Below the pieces are notes generated by a model that saw only the letters and a program-made list of their open reading frames with translations, was not told the DNA's origin and did not search any database. Positions 39,001 through 51,000 of a stretch of DNA of 64,000 nucleotides are shown here, one piece after another (positions within the stretch are counted from its first letter, which is position 1; every line of letters begins with the position of its first letter). Where the stretch lies: assembly GCA_030265395.1 (NCBI GenBank), contig JARFYF010000104.1:79684013-79748012 (forward strand). Reading direction: 5' to 3'. The position numbers and the translations under genes are program-made. The DNA comes from Rhina ancylostomus. Lineage: Eukaryota.

Positions 39001-42000
39001 GTAGTGATGATGAGTTCTTCTCTGTGAAATGGCTTTGGAGCTTATTACATGCTAAATCCTTCCTTCCGTCATCTCGGAGTGCCAAATGTGGCAACCTACA
39101 ACTAGAATGATAATATAGTATCTGTTTAGTAATTTATTATGTATCTCATATCATTCAGTATCATACTATGAAATAATGGGCTTAGTTATCTAGAGCAAAA
39201 TAGTATTTTGTGGTAGACTTTATCCTGAAAATTTCTGGTTACTTTGACATTCTGTTCTCAAATTTGGCTGACAAGTTAAATAAAAAATGCCATTTCTTTA
39301 TTATCAGAATAAAACAAATAAGTTCAGAGAATGGACCGGTAGTGCTTATGTTACATTAACAACAATCCAATAAACAAGTAAATCTGAAGTCATATAACAC
39401 CATGGCAGTTCAAGAATTTCCATATGGTTTTAAAAAATCTGGAAATTAAAAGTTGTTCTCAGTAAATGTGATCTGGACACTGTTTGAATAATACAACTTC
39501 AAACTGGGAAGGAAATTACGATCTTTAAGGTCTGGTCTAAAAGGGCCTTCAGCCCATGATTGAATTATAACTGCTCATTGAAATGGCTGAAGCAAGCATT
39601 AGTTGCAGAATCTACAAGCCATGATTTATAAAATCTAATTCTGGGATTTTGGGTTCTTTTTCACCAAACAACATTCTCAATTCAGATACAAAATAGCCAG
39701 AGAAAGGACAAATCTGCTTCCACCTTTCTCCAATGTGTCTGAAATACAGATTCAGAAGAATATCCTTCCACAGTATCAATTTCTATTTCTGAACTCAATT
39801 GTAAGAAACATAAACAGAATATTAATTAATTTTCTTTGAAGGTTTTATTATCTTTCATTGGACAAAAGAGCCTGGTTTCTCTCTTTAAATGTATATTGAA
39901 CATAAGACACAATTCTAGTTCTGAAGTGTTTGCAGATTTTCTGGTGATGTCTAACACCATGACACTGGAGAAACTCAGCAGGCCAGGCAGCATCTGTGAA
40001 GAAAAGCAGGCGATCAACGTTTCGGGTCAGGACTTTTCTGCCCCCTCACCGACTCCAACCTTACCCCTTCTGAACACTCTGCTCTCCACTCCCTCCGCCC
40101 CAACCCTGACATTGTCATCAAACCAGCCGACAAAGCTGTTGCCATGGTCATTTGGCGTACTGACGTTGACTGCCTGCTTTTCTCCACAGATGCTGCCTGG
40201 CCTGCTGAGTCCCTCCAGCATCATGGTGTTTTTCATCTGGATTCCAGCATCTGCAGTCCTTTATTTCTTTTGTTTTTCTAGTGATGTCCAGTCTGACAGG
40301 AAGTTGTATCAGGCATGATTCACTCTGATGCAGCTTTTGTTTTCCCAGTGCTATTAGCACTGCAGATGACATTATTAATAGGCACATTTCCATCATTAAT
40401 GGCATGAATTGGACCTCTTATGTGCAATATCAGAGGTCCTTTTCTGGTTTACTACAAGTCCAACAAGGGACATTTGCTGGTTTAGTCTATTTCTGTCTGC
40501 TTAAAGGGGCATTCTGAAGACATCAAAATACTTACATGCTAGTCAGACACCTTCCAGAAACCACAGCGTGCTGCAACTTTCACAAAATTTTACACCAATC
40601 AGCTGCTCACATACTGATTCTGTTATTATTATTGGAGGTAAAGCTGGTTACGCAGGATGGTCAGGAACCTTGTATCAGGACTCACAGGCCTTCCTACAAA
40701 GAAGATTCGATTCCTGCAGGACTTTCAGTCAGACAAGGACCTCTCTGTAGAAGAATGTTTTCACAGGCCCAGTTGTTCCTCTATCGTATTTGCCTGCACC
40801 ACCACCCTTGGCAGCATATTCCAGGCACTCATCACTCTCTGTGGAAAAGATTTGCCCCGCACATCTCCTTTGAACTTGCCCCCTCACCTTTAATGAATGG
40901 CCTCTTGAATTAGACATTTGAACCCTGGGAAAAAGATACCAGCTGTCTACTCTATCTATGCCTCTCATAATCTTATAAATCTCTAGCAGATCTCACCTCA
41001 GCTGCTGCCAGTCCAGAGAAAACAACCCAAGTTTGTCCAACATCTCCTTATACCACATTGCCAGGCAGCATCCTCATAAACCTCTTCTGCACCTTCTCCA
41101 AAGTCTCCACATCCTTCCTATAACGGGGCGATCAGAACTGAATGCGATACTCCAAATGCGGCCTGACTAGAGTTTTATAAAGCTGCAACTTCCCGACTCT
41201 TGAACTCAATGCCTCGACTAATAAAAGCAAGCATGTCCTACGCCTTGTTTACCCTGCTATCAACCTGTGCAGCCACTTTCAGTGAGCTATGGACTTGGAC
41301 CCCAAGATCCCTCTATACATCAACACTGTTAAGGGTTTTGCATTAACAGTGTATTGTCCCTTCACATTAGAGCTCCCAAAGTGCAACNNNNNNNNNNNNN
41401 NNNNNNNNNNNNNNNNNNNNNNNNNNNNNNNNNNNNNNNNNNNNNNNNNNNNNNNNNNNNNNNNNNNNNNNNNNNNNNNNNNNNNNNNNNNNNNNNNNNN
41501 NNNNNNNNNNNNNNNNNNNNNNNNNNNNNNNNNNNNNNNNNNNNNNNNNNNNNNNNNNNNNNNNNNNNNNNNNNNNNNNNNNNNNNNNNNNNNNNNNNNN
41601 NNNNNNNNNNNNNNNNNNNNNNNNNNNNNNNNNNNNNNNNNNNNNNNNNNNNNNNNNNNNNNNNNNNNNNNNNNNNNNNNNNNNNNNNNNNNNNNNNNNN
41701 NNNNNNNNNNNNNNNNNNNNNNNNNNNNNNNNNNNNNNNNNNNNNNNNNNNNNNNNNNNNNNNNNNNNNNNNNNNNNNNNNNNNNNNNNNNNNNNNNNNN
41801 NNNNNNNNNNNNNNNNNNNNNNNNNNNNNNNNNNNNNNNNNNNNNNNNNNNNNNNNNNNNNNNNNNNNNNNNNNNNNNNNNNNNNNNNNNNNNNNNNNNN
41901 NNNNNNNNNNNNNNNNNNNNNNNNNNNNNNNNNNNNNNNNNNNNNNNNNNNNNNNNNNNNNNNNNNNNNNNNNNNNNNNNNNNNNNNNNNNNNNNNNNNA

Positions 42001-45000
42001 TAACTACTTCATAGTCAAGTTTGACAATCTCAGGTCATAATCTTTCTTGCGGTCTTCTCAGGGATCAGGTGCTGACAAGAGTTTTAAGACTATAAGACAT
42101 AGGAGTAGCTTTAGGCCATTCAGCCCATCGACTCTGCTCCACCGTTCGATCAGGGATCATATTTCCCTGTCAACCCCATTCTCCTGCCTTCTCCCTGGAA
42201 CCTTTGACACCCTTATTAATCAAGAACCTATCAACCTCCACTGTAAATATATCCAATGCCTTGGCCTCCACAGCTGTCTGTGGCAATGAATTCCACTGAT
42301 TCATCACCCTCTGGCTAAAGAGATTTCTCCTCATCTCTGTTCTAAAGGGACATCCTTCTATTCTGAAGCTGTGCCCTCTGATTCTAGACTCTCCCTCCAT
42401 TGCAAATATCCTCTCCACTTCTACTCTATCTAGGCCTTTCAATATTCGGTAGGTTTCAATGAGATCCCCCCTCATCCTACTAAACTCCAGCAAGTACAGG
42501 CCAAGCGCCATCAAATGCTCCTCATACGTTAACCCTTTCATCCCTGGGTTCATCCTCATAAACCTCCTCTGGACCCTCTCCAATGCTAGCACATTCTTCC
42601 TTAGATATGGGACCCAGAACTGCTCACAATATTCTAAATGTGGTCTTACCAATGCCTTATTAAGCCTCATCCTTGCTTTTATATTCTAGTCCTCTTGAAA
42701 TTATTGCATTTGCCTTTCTTACTACTGAATTAACCTGCAAGTTAACCTTTAGGGAATCCTGCACTAGGACTCCCAAGTCCTTTTGCACCTCCGATTTCTG
42801 AATCCACTCCCTGTTTAGAAAATAGTCTACGCCTTTATTCTTTCTACGAAAATGCATGACCAGTCACTTCCCTAACGTATTCCATTTGCCACTTCTTTGT
42901 CCATTCTCCCAATCTGTCCAAGTCCTTCTGCAGACTCTCTGCTTCCTCAACACTACCTGCCCCTCCACCTATCTCTGTATCATCTGCAAACTTGGCCACA
43001 AAGCCATCAATTCCATCATCCAGATCATTAACATACAATGCGGAAAGTAGCAAACCCAACACCAACCCCTGCGGAACACCACTAGTCACCAGCAGCCAAC
43101 CAGAAAAGGCCCCCTTTATTCCCACTCTTTGCCTCCTGCCTGTCAGCCAATCTTCTATCAATGCAGTCAATAAACCAAACCTCATGACACCTTATCTTGG
43201 TTAACTTGGTTTGCCTTCAGAAAGGTAATAGTATTTCACATGCTCAGGGCAGATATCTGGACAAGGTTACTAGGGAGTTTCATTATTAGACCTCAAAGTC
43301 CTGCCACCAAGTAATATGATTCATGCTCAAGGGAGTTATCTTCCAGGAAATAGGGGATAACTGTACTTTTTAAAGGGAGTTGCTGAAGCCACAAACCCAA
43401 TTTAATAACCGCAACAGACCCACATTTTGACTGAATCCATTATTTTTGGCCATTCTTCTGAGTTTGAACTTGAATTCAAACCTGAGATCTGAACATTCAT
43501 CCTTCGATCCCATTTATCACACCAAACATTAAAACAGAAAATTCACATTAAAAATAATGGTATGAAAAATAACCTCTTAACAATTGCTAGTTAACTGTTT
43601 ACCTGACATTTCGCTGAGCAACACCATTTCTTTTAAATTCCATTTCCAGAAGTTTTGGTGTGCTGAAGAGTATTGTTCTGCACAATGTTTCAGACTCTGG
43701 GTTATCAATCTGCATTTTCCATAAGCCCTTAATATAGTTCTCAACAGACCCTGGGTTTTTGTTGTAGTGTGGAGTAAGGTCTTGTAATTTTTCATAGTAG
43801 CTCCTAGTAAGACTTACTATTTGCTAGAAATAAAACATACATAATTATTAGAATGTGTGCTACAACATGATGTTAGAGAAATATGGTTTGTATCTACTAT
43901 AATACAAAGAAAATGACTTATTTTGTTGGATATGGAAATTACTGAATTGTGGAGTCAGTCAAAAGCTGGAATTGTGATGACTGAGTCCTCAATTGATTGA
44001 ATTCGTTTTCTCCATTTTGTCCATTAATTTGGCAAATTCCAAGACAAAACTATTTCATAGTTTCAAAGCCAAACTTAACTGAAAGTAAAATAATAAACAC
44101 GTATGTCAAAGTGTTTAGGTACTGCAGCCGTCATGGTTGAATATCTGGAGCAACACACATAGAGCTGGAGGAACTCAGCAAGTCAGGCAGCATCTATGGA
44201 GGGAAATGGACAGTTGGCGTTTAAGGTCAAGACCCTTCATCTGGACTGAAAGGTTAAGGGGAGGTAGCCGGTATAAAAAGGTGGAGGGAAGGGGTGGAGC
44301 AAGAGCGGGCAGGTGATAGGTGGAAGTGACAAATGGCTGAAGCTGATGGAATCTGATAGGAGCGGAAGGTGGAGTATGGAAAAAGGGGGAAGGAGGTGGA
44401 GAGGGGGACCAGTGGGATGTCATTGAAAATTTTTATGAGCTAATGCCCTTGCACTTGAATAATAACAATATCAGACAAAGGCATTAATTCACAACAATTT
44501 TCGATGACTGAATTATAATTTCAATGATATTTCACCCACTCTTTTGAAGTTCATCTGTAATGAGTGTTGCTCTATTTTTCATCTGCTAAGTGCCTAAACC
44601 TTCAGATTAGCCATTAGGAAGCATACATTCATTAAAGGTTGAAACTGTGCCACTTGTCATATTGGTACCAGCAAAGGCACATAGAAGCCAAAGCTTAAGT
44701 AGGGTTGAGGATCTCTGGGTGGTCTCTATGCTGTTTGGTCTCATAAACAAAAACGATTGTCCTGAAAATAGTCAGTGTTGGGCCAGAAGAGTTCTCTGCA
44801 AGCTGTCGTGAAAATATAGGGAAGGGAAGGAATTCACCTCCCGGCTCCACATTAAAACCAAGGTCGGCTCATCTTCACTTTTCATCAACACCTCACTCTC
44901 TGACCCTTGTCCCAACTGCTGCCTTGCACCCTGTCCTATTTGTCAGCTGAATGACTGGAAATANNNNNNNNNNNNNNNNNNNNNNNNNNNNNNNNNNNNN

Positions 45001-48000
45001 NNNNNNNNNNNNNNNNNNNNNNNNNNNNNNNNNNNNNNNNNNNNNNNNNNNNNNNNNNNNNNNCTGGAAATATGCTTCTTTGTCAATAAATCTGTTTATA
45101 TATTAATGTTTAAATAATAAATGTTCTTTCATTTTTCCCAGCTGGCATTAGTTGATTACACTTCAGGGAATTGAACATATACTCTGACACTTTAGCGCAG
45201 TGTTGAGGGAGAGCCATATCTCTGAAGAGAAATCTTTGTGGAGAAATTCATCCCCAAACAGAAGTACAAAGTATGCTGTATTGGCTTCAATGGAATTGAA
45301 TTTCAGAGGCAGAGTAAAACATGTGACTATATAGTGATTTTCATACCATTGACTGGGATATAACTTTCTCATCACTTCTTTCATACATGGATATAAAAAA
45401 TACTATGGCACTATTGAAGGAGGAGCAGGTCAGTTTTCTCAATATCCCAGCAAATGTTTATCATCTAAATCAGTTGAATGGGTTATTTATTTCAGTGCTA
45501 TTTGGGTGATCTTTGTTTCCACAAAATGGCTGCATGTTTCCCTCTCTTAAGTGTGTAAAACAATTTGGAACTTCCAGAAGTCACTGAAAATGCTGTACAA
45601 ATGGAGTTTTTTTCTTATACAACTGTTTATAAATACAATTAAACTGTGCATGGTTTTTAAGATAGAAATGTGTACCGGCATTGAGGAACTGATGTCTGAT
45701 GATGCGACCATTTGTTTAGAAGCTTTGAAGGAAGGTGCAGGTATTTGATGCAGTGGGTCCGTTTTTATTGGCATTCTCTGGTGAACACTTACTTTAGCCT
45801 TATTTTTCTTGGAAGCAGGCCTAAAAGCAGGGTAGTAAAATTATATTTTTAAATTTGTAATTCTAGTGTAGAATATATGATTCCTCAACAAGAACAAAAA
45901 TTATATTCTTACATTTAATTCTTCATTTATCAAAATAAATAAAATTTACACTGAACCACATAAAGTGACATGCAGACAGATGGCTGAAACCTTGGAAGGA
46001 AGGAGAATGAGGCAGAGAGTTTCAGAGAGGTTGAGGATGGGAATTTCAGACCTCCTAAAAGCACAGAAGCCGGTGTTGAAGCAATTAAATTTCAGCATGT
46101 CTGAGAGTTCTGAATTGGAGCAGGAAGATATCTCAGAGGCTGATAAAGATAGAAGAGATTGATGTCTTATGCAGGGTTAAAGATATACAGGAATTTGAGA
46201 ACAAGGTTAAATTTAAATTCAAGGCATTGCTTAACCAGGATCCAATTTCATAAACCAATCATTCAATAGTCTTGGGACTACTAATGGGTGTTTGAAAGTA
46301 AAAGTATGTCAGCCAGGCCTAGAATTGATGGAGGAAGAGTGAGTGAGATCCAGTATTCATAGGCTGTGTTGGGCCAGATGTTGGTAAATGCTAGAAAGGT
46401 GGGGAGGGTGGGTGTTGTCTATGTGGTGGTGTTTGGTGATTAGAATTGTGGCCTGTTGGTATTGAGAATGGTGTGCTAGCAATCAATGATCAGGTAAGTG
46501 GCCAGAAAAGAGGCTCTTAGAGATTGGTGCCTGCACCAACAGTCCTAGGNNNNNNNNNNNNNNNNNNNNNNNNNNNNNNNNNNNNNNNNNNNNNNNNNNN
46601 NNNNNNNNNNNNNNNNNNNNNNNNNNNNNNNNNNNNNNNNNNNNNNNNNAGGTTGATTGATGGGTTAGGAAAATGAAAGTTTGGTGAGAGATGGAGGGTA
46701 GGGATTGTGGCCTGGGCTGGTGGGTGAACAGATTGAATGTTGGGGAGATTGGGGCCTGGGTTTAATGGAAAGACTGGAGTTGGTGACTGAGCAGATTGGA
46801 GGGGATCACCACTGGATTGAGAGAGGGTTGGAACTGAAATCATGGCTGTGCCAGTAGTTGTCCATGACGGTTGCTCCCTGGATAATATAGTCTAATTTCT
46901 AAAGTGGGAGTTGCACAGGGAATGACACAAAATGATTGTTATTACACTTCACTCTGTGGTAAATAAGTTTTCAATCTCACAGTACTGAAAGAAACATGAC
47001 ATGATCTAATTTCTAGGCCAAGTTCGATCACTGCTCCATCCTGTGATATCTGATCACAGCTACAAAAGCTCTTGACAACTGTGGATAAAGAAGCAAAATA
47101 TTCACCAGATTCAATTATTTTGGATCAGTCTCTGCCTGAAACTGTCCAGGTGTGGAAGTTGGCAAAGACTTTGATATTAACTCCCTGTTCTCATACATGA
47201 CAAATGACCATTTGGATGAGATACTGGAAATTTGCCACCATCCATAGAATCGGAATCGAGCATGAGTCAACTGCATTCAGGAAGGAAGGCATCAAAAAGG
47301 GAGAGAAGTAAGATTAATTGAAAAAACGTACATTGGGCCAATGTAAAGAAGAGGGTAGTTATATTATGTTTATGGAATCTGGATAAAGCAGTTGGAGAAA
47401 ATTTAGTTTGGAATATATTGAGATTGATGGCGTCAACATTTGACAGTGTTCAGGGCATGAGCATGATGTGGGAGCAAAATGGGGACATGGATCTTCCTCC
47501 ACTAATAATCATCTAAAAGGTATTTAAAACTTTCAGTTTTGGATTCATGGACAAACGTTTGCCCTGTAACATTAAAGACACATGCCAGCACATGTGCTTC
47601 TGTGTAAAGAAGCTACCTTTTGAATGTTATAGAGTTGGACATGTACCTTGATCTGTTACATTATGATTACCAGTGGTGCTGAGGGTTCAGATTTTATAGC
47701 TGCTTTGGACTAGAACTAGAACAAAGAAAAGGCAGGATGCAGATGATACAGGGAAATCAATGCATCTGATCAATGTTGCCTCAGCAGACAAAAAGCATTG
47801 GCCCAAGAATAGTTCAATGTATAAAATGTGCACTGAATCAGCAATGAGTGGAAAACCTGCAATAGTTTTGTGTAAAGCCACAGGGAAGTGATGTTCTAAT
47901 AACATGACACCCAATGTGTTGTGTGTGTTAGAATCATGGATCCCATGTCTTTGCCATATAATTATGCCTAAAACGTGCCTCACAGCAGAGATGCACAAGA

Positions 48001-51000
48001 AATGGTAATTCTACTGCTGAATCTCCAGCTCTGGTGGGAACTCTCAAGGCAGGAGTTCCCATTCTTGAACCAGTGGAACCATATTAAGGCAGATTGACCA
48101 ATGTAGCAGAAGAGCAATAGGTTTGAGACAAGCTGTTTCCAATGGCTGAAATGTCATCATGATATTGGAGGAGGATATGTGGAACAGAGATCATGGTTAC
48201 CAGAGGAGAAGAGATTCACCAGGATGTTGCTTGAATTGGAGGGCTTTAGTTATGTGGGGAAATTGGATGGGCTGGGCTTGTTTTCCCTGGACTGAAGGAG
48301 ACTGAGGGGTGACCTAACAGAGGTATATAAAAATATGAGGTATGGATAGGGTAGATTGTCAATTTTTATTGCATAGTAGAGATATCAAAAATAAGAGGGC
48401 ATACGTTTAAGGTGAGAGGAAGGAGGTTTAAAGGGGATTTGAGGGAAAAGTTTTTTTAAACACAGAGTGACTGATGTCTGGAACTTACTGCCAGAAAAGG
48501 TGGTAGAATCAAATACAACATTATGATTAAGAGACATTTAGACAGGCACTTGAATAGGCAAGGCATAGAAGAACACAGTCTTAGTGTTGGCAAATGGGAT
48601 TAACATAGATGGGCAAAAAGGTTGGCATGGATGTGGTGGACCGAAGGGCCGATCTCTTTGCTGTACACCTTTATAACTCTCAAAATGCTGGAGGAACTCA
48701 GCAAGTCAGGCAGCATCTATGGAGGGAAATGATCAAAGTCCTTCATGCATATGAGGTATTTGCACACGAATGCTGCTGGGTGCACAGCAGGGATTTTGAG
48801 TGGTTGGTCCAGATATCCAGCATCTGCAGAATCTCCTGTGACTATGATTCTATGACTAGGTACCCCTAGTAATATAGAGGAATTACTTTTCAGAACCATC
48901 TTGCAACTATCCCAGATAAATCAATTTACAACCTTTCTGCTGGAATTAGGTGGAGACAAAACCTTTAATCATTGTAGGAACTTGCTTTCATCCTTCGGCT
49001 AAGGCCAGCTCCAATGTTCAAGGTCTGTGCTGCTTACAAATTGTATATTCAAATGACAGTGTTGCAACAGTGCCATTGATTGTATGTTGCCTACCACTCA
49101 AAATCTCTGCTGTGCACCCAGTAGCATCTGTGTGCAAATACATCATATGCATTAAGGACTTTGATCTATTTCTCAAAAGTATGGTATGCACACACAAGTA
49201 ACATTAGCAATTAATTTTAAAGTAACATTCTATCATGTAGTACACAATAGAATTTTTGGCTCATAAAATCCATAGTACACAAGGCAACAAGGTAGAGTTT
49301 ATGGATTAGATTTTTAGTTGATTCCTCCAAAATTGTCACTGGATACCAGAGACCATATTGAAATAACTCCTTGGAAAGCAAATGTGAATTGATCTACAAT
49401 TACTTAACTGGATTGCTGAAGAAGGTCACATGTTGACACACCCTCTTAGACAAGCAGATGCTTTGCTATGAACAATATATTTCATACCATTGTTTGAAAG
49501 CAAAATTTTCAACAGAGACTATTTTACCTTCCTTTCCATGACTGTGTTGGCTTTATTAAGAGCAAACCAGATTCTTCCTCAATATTTTCTAAGGTATTCG
49601 TCAAAGTATTGGCAAGAGTTTTCCTTTGCTCTGTAAATTTCAAGGCTTCCTCATTCCATCCCTTTTTTTTCTTAAAATATTTTAAACAGAAATGTATAGA
49701 AACATNNNNNNNNNNAAAAATGAATGAACATTGCATGTAAACTAATGGGAGACCATGACATCTTCAGTTATTAACACTGAAATTCAAACACATGTCAACC
49801 ATAATTTATTAAGCAAAATGTGTATTTTCACCCAAATCTGGGGACTATTGCACATAAGTCCACTTTCTCTAGGCTTCTTGCTGATCGTAATCCTTCCCGA
49901 GATTTTCTGTGGAATTGGCAGTGCCCAGTGAATACATTCATCCAAATATAGGTCAAGAATATGAAAATTATGTTGTAATGATGGAGTCATCATTGATGCT
50001 GCATTTTCCATGGCTACTCGCAAAGTAACAACCGGCAATAAGTTTCATTGTCAACATTCATAGATTCCGTCAACACATACATTCATAAGTCAACATTGCT
50101 GTGGTATCGATAGGTCTTTCCAAATAATTTGTCCTTACTTTCCTACTACTTTTTATCTTTGTATAATTTTTTTTTCTCTCTCATTTTGGGTTCTGATGGG
50201 GAAGGCAGCATTACTAATGCAGGCAAACTGGTCTTCAGTTAGAAAGGATATGAAAAAGGGAGAAAGAAAATCACCTGGATAGTGGGGAAATTACTAGCTA
50301 CAACACTTCAGAAGTCATCAGCACACAACTACATATTGCGGTATGGGAAACATGTATGTAACAAACCAGTCAGGAGTGCCTTGCCATGAAGGAAATTAAT
50401 GAACTGTTTTAGGTTTATGAACAACATTTCAGTATAAACTTTAGGTGATTTATTGAATTTAATGTGACACCTTGCCTTCATGGGAATAAATAGGGGTTGC
50501 TGGTCTGGTCTCATGATCTCCAATGGACTAAACTTGTGCAGCATTTTAAACATGCTGTGTCTCATGAGAGCTGGAGGGATTTAGTACATTGGTTGAGCAA
50601 GGCTGCAAATGAGAGTCGGCTAGTCCAGGCAGAAAGGACAGGGAAAGGGGAAAACAGTTATGCAGAGTATCTGGGTGGATGCAACTGGAGGGAGAGGGAG
50701 AAGGTGAGGGAGAGGAAGGAAATACACTTAGAATAGAAATGGCAGAAGGAATGAGAGGGAAAGAGTGAGGGGTAGATTTATTACCATCAGTTTTCTACCT
50801 GACAGGATTGAGGGAATTCTGTCAGCAGATGAACTACAGTGGTTTAAGGAGCCAGCATATCAACACTTTTTGCAAAGGCATTTAGGATGGGGCAATAATG
50901 ATCCTATTAAAACCCATATCATGTAAACCAATAAACATCATTTGAAAAGAATTGTACAGATTGATAAATGAAGAGGAAGGGTGGGAGACAACATAAAGGG

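Noticed and set aside
40530-40750. Exon-like stretch with a PALPPI motif on the minus strand
   Set aside because: Stop codons occur in every frame after the acceptor.
45163-45384. 73-aa minus ORF (also 47687-47998, 49784-50038, 50329-50565 and 51321-51512)
   Set aside because: No convincing phase-compatible splice pair, or an in-frame stop follows the acceptor; none is needed for the gene model.
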